A program made the position numbers and the translations under genes. Under the pieces are notes generated by a model. It made no database searches and had not been told where the DNA came from. It saw only the letters and a list, made by a program, of their open reading frames with translations. From the IMG/VR virus record IMGVR_UViG_3300042863_000390, positions 2,286 through 66,285 of that record: a DNA stretch of 64,000 nucleotides; one strand, written 5' to 3'. This document shows positions 31,835 through 40,782 of this stretch, piece by piece. Origin of the DNA: a virus. The stretch's first letter is position 1, and every line of letters starts with the position of its first letter.

Positions 31835-32602
31835 TTAAATGGCCACTTTTGCTGAAATTACTGGACCGTGTTTATAATTTATTAAGGTTAATGCTCCGTT
31901 TTTGTAAAAGTACTGTGGCGACTGAAAAGTTTCCTGATCAAGATATTTGTGTATAGCATCGTGTTGATTATTGTAAACGTGGGCATCTACGATTTGTATG
32001 TCAATGAAGTTAGCTTGTAAAGCGACTTTGTCAGCAACATACAAAAGTATTTTTGAAAACAAAGCTACATCATAAGGTATGCCTAAGAACATATCGCCAG
32101 ATCTTTGTACAACAAACATATTAAGATCTAATCCATCAACGAAAAATTGAAAATACAAATAACAAGGAGGCAATGCCATTTGATTTGTTTGAGCCGGATT
32201 CCATAAACTTATAATGTGTCTACGGCTGTCTGGATCCTCAATTAAGTCATCAATAAGCATTTGCATCTGATCTATATTTTGATCGTTAAAATTGCGCATT
32301 TGATGCCCATATACAGGACCAAGATCGCCATTCTCATCTGCCCAAGCATCCCATATCTTTACATTAGCATCTCGGAATCTTTGTACATTGGTTTCGCCAT
32401 TCATAAACCATTCGAATTCTGTATCGAAAGTTTTTTGAAACATTTTTCTACCAGTTAATAAAGGGAAACCTTCTTTAAGATCTATTCTTAAGTTAGCATT
32501 AAAAATAGAATTGCAGCCCACCCCAGTACGGTCATTACGCTTAACCCCGCTAGCAAGACACTTATATAGTAATTCTTTGTATTGTGATTCATACTTTGTC
32601 AT
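31835..32602 (-). CDS. thyA: Thymidylate synthase
   Basis: DRTGVG, LGPVYG.Q.R, SRR, ALPPC, QRSGD.FLG.P, DAHVY. Confidence 0.92.
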   Translation of the reverse strand: MTKYESQYKELLYKCLASGVKRNDRTGVGCNSIFNANLRIDLKEGFPLLTGRKMFQKTFDTEFEWFMNGETNVQRFRDANVKIWDAWADENGDLGPVYGHQMRNFNDQNIDQMQMLIDDLIEDPDSRRHIISLWNPAQTNQMALPPCYLYFQFFVDGLDLNMFVVQRSGDMFLGIPYDVALFSKILLYVADKVALQANFIDIQIVDAHVYNNQHDAIHKYLDQETFQSPQYFYKNGALTLINYKHGPVISAKVAI

Positions 32603-32603
32603 A

Positions 32604-32942
32604 TTAAAATAATTGTTTATCGTTTGATTGTTGTTTTACTTTTACTACTTTCTTTTTATCTTCCAGCATTGGATTGATCTTTATATCTGTATTGTATTTG
32701 TTATAATAATAAAGATAGAATAAATACATTTGCTTCCATATATCAACTTTCTTATAAGTCTTAGGGCTTTTGTTTTCTTTACCGTTCATTACAATACAGA
32801 CATACCATTCTAAAGTATTAAATGCTTTTGGTGATATATTGATTCCGTTATTAATACACCAACGTCTAGCAGCTTCTTCAGCTTCACTTGCTGCATAAAA
32901 ACCCATATCAATTTTACTTTTATTATTAAATCCACTGCCCAT
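32604..32942 (-). CDS. Hypothetical protein
   Basis: 112-aa ORF in operon. Confidence 0.6.
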   Translation of the reverse strand: MGSGFNNKSKIDMGFYAASEAEEAARRWCINNGINISPKAFNTLEWYVCIVMNGKENKSPKTYKKVDIWKQMYLFYLYYYNKYNTDIKINPMLEDKKKVVKVKQQSNDKQLF

Positions 32943-33142
32943 TACTTTTCTTCAATTAATTTTAATCCATAAGATTTATCTTTTATTCTCAAAGTATGGC
33001 AATCATATTCAGGTATATTACGCATCATACCTGGCTGAGTAAAACCTATATCTTTATATTCCTCACCATAAATTTTAAATTTTGGCCATGGTGGGGTTTC
33101 TATAAGTTCATATTCCTTTCCGTTAAATACTAATTTATCCAT
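32942..33142 (-). CDS. Hypothetical protein
   Basis: 66-aa coupled ORF. Confidence 0.55.
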   Translation of the reverse strand: MDKLVFNGKEYELIETPPWPKFKIYGEEYKDIGFTQPGMMRNIPEYDCHTLRIKDKSYGLKLIEEK

Positions 33143-33159
33143 ATTATTTGTTTTTATTA

Positions 33160-33480
33160 TTAAGGTCTATATCCGTTATAGCCCATTAAATGTAATTGAG
33201 TTTCCATTAAATGCGCCCTTATTGGGTTTTCAAAACACATTAATACTTCCCAGTCGTCAATAATTTTTCCTAAATGTTTATGCTTAGACATACGAGAATG
33301 AATATCGTTACTCATGCCAACATAGTGTTCTTCTGGTATATAATATACTGCATATCCTGGATATTCATTTGCTCTTTTTTCTCTATAAGCTTTTGAATAA
33401 TCTTTATGTCTTTGTTTTTGTTTTTCAGTATATTCGTTTTTATATTGATTTCTTTTCATATATATATCTATTTTTCCCAA
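33160..33480 (-). CDS. Small GIY-YIG-like nuclease
   Basis: YAVY...YVGMS..IHSRMSKH...E...GYN. Confidence 0.55.
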   Translation of the reverse strand: MGKIDIYMKRNQYKNEYTEKQKQRHKDYSKAYREKRANEYPGYAVYYIPEEHYVGMSNDIHSRMSKHKHLGKIIDDWEVLMCFENPIRAHLMETQLHLMGYNGYRP

Positions 33481-35177
33481 GGCATCAAATCGTTATTAAT
33501 ATTAACAGGTTCGTGAGGTATAAAACAACCGGAAGCTGGATCCCATTTGAAATGACATTCAGCACCATTCTCTCCAAGATTCTGAAACTTACATTTAAGC
33601 ACTTTTACTTTAACGGTTTTATCTTCATAGTTTCTATGAACTAATAATCCGTGATAGGAAGCATCGTACCATTCACCACCACCTTTAATGTTGTACATAG
33701 TAGGCTCTTCAATATTACCCTTAGCATCTTTATACATTTTTGTAGGGTGGGCAACAACCATTACCAGTACATCGTACTTTTTAGCAAAGATTTCAATCTT
33801 ACTTAGATATTCTAATGTATAAACATTAACATCACCTGAAGCATCGTTGTCTCTTACTTTGTTGAATGGATCAATAACTAAGCATTTAATACCTTTACGT
33901 TTAACTAGCTCAGCTCCTTTTCTAAGTACTGAATCTAAAGTATAACGTTCCATATCAATAAAGAAGTAATTGTCGTTAACATGATCGGCAACTTGATTCC
34001 ATTTGTCACTATTAATATCAGCAACAGTAGGCATACCTTGCCAAGTTTTGCGCATTAACTTGTGAGCATGTAAATATGTAGGAGTATTCTCAGGTGATGC
34101 ATATGCAGTCTTCCAACCGTACTTTTCATTATAACCAATAATCATTTGATCTACAAAGTCAGATTTTCCCGAACTAGGGATACCAGTAACAGTAATAAAC
34201 TGGCCAGTATACGTAGAAAAAATACTGTCAAAATTATCCAGGCCAACTTGAAACCCAGGTTTGAAACCGTTTCTAACAAAATCGGTAACCTCATCTTCAA
34301 TGTCTCTAAACGTTGTAACATTTTCAAGTGGAACTGGCTTAGCCCTTGAAATTCTTTGGGATAATGCTTCTTTTCCATATTTTAATAAGTATTCATTTGC
34401 GTCTTTACATTCTTCAAACGATGCTAAGTAACAAATTTCAGATCCTAACCTTCTTACCAGCTCAGCCTGTAAAGCTTGCCCGGCAGAGTCGGAATCAACA
34501 GCAATAATGATTCTATCTTTATCATCAAAATAGTCAATACAATTATCAAGATATTCCAGGTTATTTGTACCCAATGTAGCGCCATTAGGCACAGATATTG
34601 CATTAGTAATTCCAGCCTCATGTAATGCAAGGACATCCATTTCGCCTTCCACAATAACACAATACTCGAAACCAACAATACTATTAATATTATAAAATAC
34701 TTTTTCAGCCCCTTTATAAAGTTTAAAGTTTTTACGCCCATCTCTGTATTTTACATTTGTAAGTTGATCGCCAACATAATAATTAAAGTTGATTACATTT
34801 TCTTGTTTACCTGTTTGAGGCATGAACTCTTGGCCTTCAGTAACGCTAAGCTCGTTTAATGTTTGTTCTGAAATACCACGTGTTGCAAACCATTCAACAA
34901 CTTTTGAGCTTGGAGGAGTGTGTATAGCAACGTCAGGTTTAACGTATACTTTTTCGCTTTTGCCTTTGCGTTGGTATGTATGTAGTTGAAAAGTTTTATT
35001 ACAGTTATGGCAAGTACCTATACCTCGTTCCCAATCGTAAGAGGCACACTTTGCTTTCTCATTCTGAGGTTTTCTATCTGGCGAGCATATTGGACAAATG
35101 CCTTGAGACTTACCTTCTTCAAGCTTGTATTGATTGAATTGGTCAATCAAAAAACCATTTATCTCTATTGTTTGCAT
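33468..35177 (-). CDS. Primase-helicase (T7 gp4/Twinkle-like)
   Basis: Zn finger CPIC...CHNC, TOPRIM VEGEMD/DSD, KDANE, Walker A GIPSSGKS, LVIDP, VAHP. Confidence 0.92.
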   Translation of the reverse strand: MQTIEINGFLIDQFNQYKLEEGKSQGICPICSPDRKPQNEKAKCASYDWERGIGTCHNCNKTFQLHTYQRKGKSEKVYVKPDVAIHTPPSSKVVEWFATRGISEQTLNELSVTEGQEFMPQTGKQENVINFNYYVGDQLTNVKYRDGRKNFKLYKGAEKVFYNINSIVGFEYCVIVEGEMDVLALHEAGITNAISVPNGATLGTNNLEYLDNCIDYFDDKDRIIIAVDSDSAGQALQAELVRRLGSEICYLASFEECKDANEYLLKYGKEALSQRISRAKPVPLENVTTFRDIEDEVTDFVRNGFKPGFQVGLDNFDSIFSTYTGQFITVTGIPSSGKSDFVDQMIIGYNEKYGWKTAYASPENTPTYLHAHKLMRKTWQGMPTVADINSDKWNQVADHVNDNYFFIDMERYTLDSVLRKGAELVKRKGIKCLVIDPFNKVRDNDASGDVNVYTLEYLSKIEIFAKKYDVLVMVVAHPTKMYKDAKGNIEEPTMYNIKGGGEWYDASYHGLLVHRNYEDKTVKVKVLKCKFQNLGENGAECHFKWDPASGCFIPHEPVNINNDLMPWEK

Positions 35178-35193
35178 TTATTAAATTTAATTT

Positions 35194-35237
35194 GTTACAT
35201 ATATATTATCAATAAACAATCGTGTTTAGATTGTAAG
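35194..35237 (-). promoter_or_regulatory. Class-I 44-bp promoter-like motif, copy 1
   Basis: TACA-N8-ACGA-N8-TGATAATA-N4-TGTA on minus strand, upstream of primase-helicase. Confidence 0.7.
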
Positions 35238-35302
35238 AGCTCACTATTATAGATAATTAAACCCCAACTTGTGGGGCTTAACTATTCTATAAATTTATAA
35301 TA

Positions 35303-35617
35303 TTAAAATGGTAGATCATCTTCTACTACTGCGGCCACTCTTTGTTGCGGGGCAGACTGCCCATCAGTTCTGGGTGCTGCAGCAACATTACTGCCATTCG
35401 TCCATACCACTTTAACATTTCCAAGATATGTTTTAGCTGCTTTAGATTCACGTTCTTCTTTTGATTGTTCTACTTGTATTGGTCCTTGATTTCCAAATTG
35501 ATCTACTTCATCATTCAATGTAATTGTAATGGGAAGGTACTTTCCTTTAGCCCCGTCAATTATTTTGTGTTTTGGAATTGCATTAAGATTAATGCTCGCT
35601 TTAATTATACTTGCCAT
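35303..35617 (-). CDS. Putative single-stranded DNA-binding protein
   Basis: Small beta protein with acidic DDLPF C-terminal tail. Confidence 0.7.
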   Translation of the reverse strand: MASIIKASINLNAIPKHKIIDGAKGKYLPITITLNDEVDQFGNQGPIQVEQSKEERESKAAKTYLGNVKVVWTNGSNVAAAPRTDGQSAPQQRVAAVVEDDLPF

Positions 35618-35621
35618 TTTT

Positions 35622-35981
35622 TTATAGTTTTAATTGATTATTATTAGTTAAATAGTTTACTGCTTTTAATACCCCCTCGAGATTATCACCTAAAAATCCT
35701 ATACCAGAATTACAAGACATACATAGTATTCCTCTTATCTTATTTGTTTCATGGCAATGATCAATATATGTTGATCTCTTATCAAGTATTTCTTTACCGC
35801 AACAATGGCAATTAGTACTATCCATTAATGATTGGGCTTGATCTAATGTTATTTTATAATTTCTTGCCCTGGAATATAAACACTCGCAAGTTTTACATCT
35901 TGATTTTAATCTACCCGTATCTGTTCTGTTATAGAATTCTGTTAATGGTAATTCTAATTTGCAATAGGTGCATTTTTTCAT
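35622..35981 (-). CDS. Endonuclease VII-family HNH nuclease
   Basis: CxxC pairs, IDHCH...RGILC..CN.GIG. Confidence 0.85.
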   Translation of the reverse strand: MKKCTYCKLELPLTEFYNRTDTGRLKSRCKTCECLYSRARNYKITLDQAQSLMDSTNCHCCGKEILDKRSTYIDHCHETNKIRGILCMSCNSGIGFLGDNLEGVLKAVNYLTNNNQLKL

Positions 35982-35982
35982 G

Positions 35983-36714
35983 TTATAATGTACGTGTTAA
36001 TAGGTGCTGTTGAGGGTCAAAGTCCTCGGTCTTGTAAAATAACTCGTATGCTTCGGCAGCTCTTTTGACTTTGTCTTCGCCTGCTTGTAAGAACTTGTCG
36101 GAGCAATCAAATATACCAATTTGATTTGTGCCTTTATCTATTGCAATGAAAATAAGATCATATCCGAATAGATTTTTGTAAATGTATGCTTGACTATCAT
36201 AATTATATTTTCGTGCTGAATATGCAAAGTCTGCTATGTTAGAAGTTGTTTTAAGATCTATGATAAGGCCTTCATCGTGGTTAACAATATCTGCTTTACC
36301 TTTCCACATCACGTTAAATAATTCTGTAATACCAGGCTTTTCATATTCAACATTGAAACCTCGTATTAGATCTTTACAAATGTTATTAGCTAACATTGTA
36401 TCCTTCATTAGTTCGATCTTGTCTGCTTCATGTTGCAGCAAACAGATTTCACCGCCAGATAATTCTTTATATACATTAGTATTCCTGGTTGTTGCTTTAA
36501 TAATCTTGTACTTATCTAACTTATCAGGCTCCAAGATTGCTGTATGAAAATAACCACCAATAACAAAGTTTGGATTCGGAGGCTGAGGTTCATACAACAA
36601 TAAAGGATTAGTAAGCAATGCAGATATGTTTGAATTACTTAAGAAATTTCTGCCGAATTGGCCGTAATATTCTTGATCATCTTTTAACTTCTCTAAGATT
36701 TCTTCTTTAGTCAT
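35983..36714 (-). CDS. PD-(D/E)xK exonuclease (RecE/DUF3799-like)
   Basis: G.YFHTAILEP, KGKAD, IIDLKTT, Y..QAY.Y. Confidence 0.8.
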   Translation of the reverse strand: MTKEEILEKLKDDQEYYGQFGRNFLSNSNISALLTNPLLLYEPQPPNPNFVIGGYFHTAILEPDKLDKYKIIKATTRNTNVYKELSGGEICLLQHEADKIELMKDTMLANNICKDLIRGFNVEYEKPGITELFNVMWKGKADIVNHDEGLIIDLKTTSNIADFAYSARKYNYDSQAYIYKNLFGYDLIFIAIDKGTNQIGIFDCSDKFLQAGEDKVKRAAEAYELFYKTEDFDPQQHLLTRTL

Positions 36715-36715
36715 A

Positions 36716-37276
36716 TTATAATGATTGTAATGCTACAGCAACATTGTCAGCTAGTTCATACTTCTTTTTGATTGTATCAATCGATCCTCCTTTAGCAATA
36801 AAGTCTTTAGCTTTTTCAAACGCAGGATCTGTTAATGTTAATAAAGCTTTTTTAGTTTCAGGTTCTGCTTTGCCATGATCAGGATCTTGAGTGTCATCAA
36901 TTAAGAATAGATTACCTAATGCATACTTCTTACCATAACTTGATGCTGACCCAAACTTCTGAGGCATTTGCATACCTTTTTGATCAAGATCAACACCAAC
37001 GATTGCTACTGCATGTAAAGCACCATTCCCATCGGAAATTGTTGCAGTGGACTTTAAGATGGGGAAACCTTGACTAGATTCTATTAGATCCTCTGTTACC
37101 GTAACTGATACACCAAGCCGTAATAAGAATGGTTTAGTTGCTTCAAGAATATCTTCAGCTGATCTAAAGTTATACTTACCAAATGAATTGAATCTAGACT
37201 TCTTAGATTTAAATTCTGTTTGAATTACCGCTAACTTATCATTAAGCGTTAATCCTGTTTCTTTTTTTTCTGCCAT
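36716..37276 (-). CDS. ERF-family single-strand annealing protein
   Basis: FGKYNFRSAEDI, Q..GSASSYGKKYAL..LF.IDD..DPD. Confidence 0.85.
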   Translation of the reverse strand: MAEKKETGLTLNDKLAVIQTEFKSKKSRFNSFGKYNFRSAEDILEATKPFLLRLGVSVTVTEDLIESSQGFPILKSTATISDGNGALHAVAIVGVDLDQKGMQMPQKFGSASSYGKKYALGNLFLIDDTQDPDHGKAEPETKKALLTLTDPAFEKAKDFIAKGGSIDTIKKKYELADNVAVALQSL

Positions 37277-37301
37277 ATATTTGATTTAATTGTTTAGTTT
37301 C

Positions 37302-37320
37302 TATATTAATATAATTACGT
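37302..37320 (-). promoter_or_regulatory. Candidate class-II promoter ACGTAAT-N8-TATA
   Basis: Shared motif upstream of the ERF operon. Confidence 0.45.
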
Positions 37321-37367
37321 ATTTTGTAACATATTTAGTCAATTTATGCTACAAATTTTGATTTAAC

Positions 37368-38132
37368 TTATAGGTAATCAAGGACTTGCGAGGAATCAAC
37401 ATTATCAATTAACTTCTTAATTGCTTGCTTTTTTATCTCTGAAATTCTAACATAAGCGCTTGCTCCTTCAATTCCTAAATAGTCTGCAATATCATTTGCT
37501 GAATGTTTATCACAGTCTAAACCATAACTTAATCTTAATACTTCAAACTCACGATCATCTAAATGTTTCTTCAATAAACTTGTTAGATATAAATTCATTA
37601 AACCTACATTGTAAACTTCTGATTGATCAGGAATTTGATACAACATATTATCTTCATCATCATCGTTGATTTGTTCATCAATGCTTAAGAATATTGAATT
37701 GAAAAACATTGCAACTAATGTATGATCCTTGCTGTTATCTTTTCTAATTTCATTAAGCTTATGCTCTGGAATCTTAATTGATCCTCTATTAATATCAATA
37801 GCTCTTCTAATGGATCCTTTAATTCTTTTAGATAAGAATGATTTCAATGTGCTTTCTTGATGATCGCTGTCTCTGATTGTATCCCATTCAATTTTGTCAA
37901 TTGCCTGCACTAAACCGATAGATCCATATTGAATAAGATCTGTAATGTCTAATACACCACATGCCTGCGTAGTTGTAGAAAACTTCTTTGCAATGTTCTC
38001 AACTAATGGTAAAAACCTAGCAATCAACTTATCCCTGGGGTATGATTTAAAGTCAATTGATTCGCTATCTTTATTAGTTTGTTTAATATCTTCTTTATAC
38101 CTGATATAATTTGGTATGTTGTAACTTTTCAT
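37368..38132 (-). CDS. Phage sigma70-family RNA polymerase sigma factor
   Basis: Region 2 LPLVENIAKKF...DLIQYGSIGLVQAIDK...RIKGSIRRAI; region 4 LDDREFEVLRLSYGL...IADYLG. Confidence 0.88.
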   Translation of the reverse strand: MKSYNIPNYIRYKEDIKQTNKDSESIDFKSYPRDKLIARFLPLVENIAKKFSTTTQACGVLDITDLIQYGSIGLVQAIDKIEWDTIRDSDHQESTLKSFLSKRIKGSIRRAIDINRGSIKIPEHKLNEIRKDNSKDHTLVAMFFNSIFLSIDEQINDDDEDNMLYQIPDQSEVYNVGLMNLYLTSLLKKHLDDREFEVLRLSYGLDCDKHSANDIADYLGIEGASAYVRISEIKKQAIKKLIDNVDSSQVLDYL

Positions 38133-38136
38133 AATC

Positions 38137-38442
38137 TTATTTGTTTTTAAATTGTTCTAAATATTTACCTTCAAAATGAGCCATTCTATCATCAGAATAT
38201 TGACCAACATTTTTAATTAAGAACCAAGCAAAGTTTAGCATATCTTCCTCACTATAACTTCTTTCTTGTTGCCATTTAATTATTTCTTTACAAACAGCAA
38301 TCATTAACATTCCATTTGGAGTAGTAGTTTCAAATGATTTTGTATCTGCTCTTGTTTCATAACCAAAATTTGGTGCTAAATTCTCATAAGTATTATGAAA
38401 TAAAATAGCTAATTGAACTTCTTCAAGTGTTTCTTGTTTCAT
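38137..38442 (-). CDS. MKQETLEE/KWQQERSYSEE-type small protein, copy 2
   Basis: Shares three identical blocks with the adjacent gene. Confidence 0.7.
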   Translation of the reverse strand: MKQETLEEVQLAILFHNTYENLAPNFGYETRADTKSFETTTPNGMLMIAVCKEIIKWQQERSYSEEDMLNFAWFLIKNVGQYSDDRMAHFEGKYLEQFKNK

Positions 38443-38446
38443 AATC

Positions 38447-38701
38447 TTATTTGTTTTTAAATTGTTCTAACAGTTCTTTAATAACATATTCGCTTTCATT
38501 ATCTAAATTATTAAATTCAGATAACCATTGTCCAAATTTTATAACTTCTTCCTCACTATAACTTCTTTCTTGTTGCCATTTAGTACCAAATTTTACTGCT
38601 GATATAATATCGTGTCTGCAATATTCATTTTTATTCGTTGCAGGACATCTATATATTTCTGAATATTGCTCTATAGCTTCTTCAAGTGTTTCTTGTTTCA
38701 T
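38447..38701 (-). CDS. MKQETLEE/KWQQERSYSEE-type small protein, copy 1
   Basis: Shares three identical blocks with the adjacent gene. Confidence 0.7.
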   Translation of the reverse strand: MKQETLEEAIEQYSEIYRCPATNKNEYCRHDIISAVKFGTKWQQERSYSEEEVIKFGQWLSEFNNLDNESEYVIKELLEQFKNK

Positions 38702-38898
38702 ATCTTATTTGTTTTTATATTGTTTTTCCACTCTATCCAAAATCCTATAGCTACTAATATATTCAGCCAAAAGGAGGTAATAATTTCATAAATATCTTCA
38801 TATATATTAAATGTTAAATGTACATGACCTACAACCCAGAAGGGTATTGTTAAGTTACTAGCTATCCAAGTTATAGTGAATATTACAAAACGTTTCAT
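38698..38898 (-). CDS. Small membrane protein
   Basis: 66 aa, two hydrophobic segments. Confidence 0.6.
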   Translation of the reverse strand: MKRFVIFTITWIASNLTIPFWVVGHVHLTFNIYEDIYEIITSFWLNILVAIGFWIEWKNNIKTNKI

Positions 38899-39515
38899 AA
38901 TGATCGATTTAATAATTCTTTTTCTTTTTTAAGTTCATTGCTCATGTTTCTATGTATTGTTCGTGACGTACAACCAAAATGATCAGCAAGGTTTTTAATT
39001 GTAATTTTTTTGCCGAGGTCATTCGTGTATAGCATTGCTTCGTAAATGTCAGATTCACTAACTTTCTTAGTTTTGCCAATCATCTTTCCTACTATAGATA
39101 ACTTCTCAGTGACAGTTAACTTACAGTTATCCTTAAATATAATCTTACGAGTTTTATTATAAGGAGGTTCATCAAGATCTTTTAAAGATACTTCGTACAT
39201 CATGCTTTGTAATAGCTGTTCACTTACATTGAACGTTACAAAACCATTATTCTTTTCACATATAAACCTAGCGATAGCTTCAAATGCATTCTGATCCATA
39301 TCAGGATTTAAATACCATATAACATATAAATGCCACTTTAAAGACTTATATGTTGGAATTTTAGCTTTACTCCTGAATAATTCATAACATTCGTTTGTAC
39401 CTGATTCATAGAAGTTACCCCATTCAAACTCTTCACTTGGTTTATCATTAACTGGTCCACGCCTATATATCACTCGTTTTTTATTTAAATATTCTAGGTT
39501 TCTACTATGCGACAT
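38895..39515 (-). CDS. HTH DNA-binding protein, possible replication initiator (PriCT/HTH-like)
   Basis: C-terminal HTH ITIKNLADHFGCTSRTIHR; start codon lies inside a conserved palindrome. Confidence 0.55.
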   Translation of the reverse strand: MSHSRNLEYLNKKRVIYRRGPVNDKPSEEFEWGNFYESGTNECYELFRSKAKIPTYKSLKWHLYVIWYLNPDMDQNAFEAIARFICEKNNGFVTFNVSEQLLQSMMYEVSLKDLDEPPYNKTRKIIFKDNCKLTVTEKLSIVGKMIGKTKKVSESDIYEAMLYTNDLGKKITIKNLADHFGCTSRTIHRNMSNELKKEKELLNRSL

Positions 39516-39554
39516 TAGCTTGCTATTTTATTATATTAATTAGCTAACGTCACA
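39508..39554 (-). promoter_or_regulatory. Quasi-palindromic site, copy C
   Basis: TGTGACGTTAG-N24-GCTAATGTCGCA on minus strand. Confidence 0.75.
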
Positions 39555-39574
39555 TTTATTCACATTAGCATTTT

Positions 39575-39772
39575 TTATTTATTATCTTGTTCTATTAACT
39601 GGAATATATAACTCCACACTTTAACTTCACGTTTATGTGATTCAATCATATCTTTTACTGTATCGCTGCTTATGCCCCAATTGACATACTTATCCATATC
39701 TTCACGTAATAATACCTGAAGTTTAGATCCAATTTTGTTACTCGCTAATTCATTTAATTCTTCTCTTGTCAT
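39575..39772 (-). CDS. Hypothetical protein
   Basis: 65-aa ORF. Confidence 0.55.
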   Translation of the reverse strand: MTREELNELASNKIGSKLQVLLREDMDKYVNWGISSDTVKDMIESHKREVKVWSYIFQLIEQDNK

Positions 39773-40248
39773 AATATTGCAGGTCTTGTTATTATAGATT
39801 CGTTTGCATTTTTTACATTAACTTTTTCAGCTTCATAATAATTCCAGTATGCTTCAACACTATTGCCAGGAACTTTGTATTGATCGGGCATGCATTGTGG
39901 CATTGGAGTTAATTCAGATTTAGTTACATTAGTTGGTACTTTACTTAGTACGCCACTACATTTTAATATTGTTAAATGTTTTTTGCCGTAACGTCTAGTA
40001 TATTCTTCACCAAGCGCCATCATATGATCATATAACCATTTGTAATTAGACTTTGATTCACGTGCCCATATGGCAGAAGGATGGTTTTTGTGAGTAACTT
40101 TATAAGGTACGTCAGCATCAGGACCGTCAGATATTACATGAGCGGTACATAATAATTGTGCGGATTCTAAGATCATCTTTACTACATGCTTGTTATACAT
40201 GTACTTAGCGGCTTTTGTAGGATCTGTAGACAGATAAAATATATTCAT
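39769..40248 (-). CDS. Pyrimidine-dimer DNA glycosylase (DenV/endonuclease V-like)
   Basis: MNIFYL..DP, KHVVKMILESAQLLCTAH, HKNHPSAIW, EY..RYGK.H. Confidence 0.8.
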   Translation of the reverse strand: MNIFYLSTDPTKAAKYMYNKHVVKMILESAQLLCTAHVISDGPDADVPYKVTHKNHPSAIWARESKSNYKWLYDHMMALGEEYTRRYGKKHLTILKCSGVLSKVPTNVTKSELTPMPQCMPDQYKVPGNSVEAYWNYYEAEKVNVKNANESIITRPAIL

Positions 40249-40263
40249 AATTTGATTTGATTG

Positions 40264-40307
40264 GTTACATTAATATTATCATTCTTTAATCGTGTTTAGA
40301 CTGTAAG
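40264..40307 (-). promoter_or_regulatory. Class-I 44-bp promoter-like motif, copy 2
   Basis: Same consensus and spacing; upstream of DenV-like/HTH/sigma operon. Confidence 0.7.
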
Positions 40308-40431
40308 CAGCTAATCTTTTATAATGCTTATGTAAACGGTTGTCTCTACAATAAGAGCATGCTCCATTGTTTCTGCATGTTTTATCAAACACTCTTGATT
40401 TTCTGTACGCTTGTTTTACTGTTCTGCTCAT
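40279..40431 (-). CDS. Small basic Cys-rich protein (50 aa, not in ORF track)
   Basis: MSRTVKQAYRKSRVFDKTCRNNGACSYCRDNRLHKHYKRLAAYSLNTIKE, translated by hand. Confidence 0.6.
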   Translation of the reverse strand: MSRTVKQAYRKSRVFDKTCRNNGACSYCRDNRLHKHYKRLAAYSLNTIKE

Positions 40432-40445
40432 AATCTTTAATTTAG

Positions 40446-40511
40446 TAGTCAGGCAAGGACTCGAACCTCCTCCGCTTTATCAGTGCGGTGCTTCCATTCA
40501 GCTACCTGACT
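40446..40511 (-). tRNA. Truncated tRNA-like element (Ile-GAT-like loop)
   Basis: Acceptor AGTCAGG/CCTGACT+A, T-loop GGTTCGAGTCC, loop CTGATAA; only 66 nt, variable loop almost absent. Confidence 0.55.
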
Positions 40512-40578
40512 TATAGTTAATTACCACCACTAAGCGTGTAACTGGGTGGATTACTGAACTCACGCCTTATTAACTATA
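40512..40578 (-). ncRNA. Predicted pseudoknotted small RNA (RNA-C)
   Basis: Outer stem TATAGTTAAT/ATTAACTATA, inner stem AGGCGTG/CACGCTT, loop CCACC complementary to downstream GGTGG. Confidence 0.5.
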
Positions 40579-40584
40579 TATATT

Positions 40585-40675
40585 TGGAACTAAAAGGGGA
40601 ATCGAACCCCAAAACCCGTCGGTTGTGACAATGCCCGGAGACTGAAACAGATCCATTTAGCCCAGCACTTAGTTC
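40585..40675 (-). ncRNA. tRNA-like element with non-canonical central part
   Basis: Acceptor GAACTAA/TTAGTTC, T-arm GGGG-TTCGATT-CCCC, 3' end TTCCA; no canonical anticodon arm. Confidence 0.5.
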
Positions 40676-40676
40676 T

Positions 40677-40774
40677 TGTTAATCCGAGGACCGGTTATTT
40701 TCTTTATCCCATATTTCGGTTGCAACCAGCTAGCTAAGCTTGGTATGACTCCACGCAACCCCGAGTGATTAACA
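40677..40774 (-). ncRNA. Predicted multi-stem small RNA (RNA-B)
   Basis: Closing stem TGTTAATC..CGGGG/CCTCG-GATTAACA; inner GCTGGTT/AACCGGT and TGG/CCA hairpins. Confidence 0.45.
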
Positions 40775-40782
40775 TTTTGAAC

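Larger units (their letters stand above)
38127..38702. repeat. Three pairs of perfect direct repeats (34, 36, 26 bp) flanking variable segments
   Basis: 38127-38160=38437-38470; 38243-38278=38547-38582; 38418-38443=38677-38702. Confidence 0.9.

Noticed and set aside
40512-40584. Theta/HDV-like ribozyme 3' of a tRNA
   Set aside because: Could not build the P1/P1.1/P2/P3 nested double pseudoknot or find the catalytic C strand
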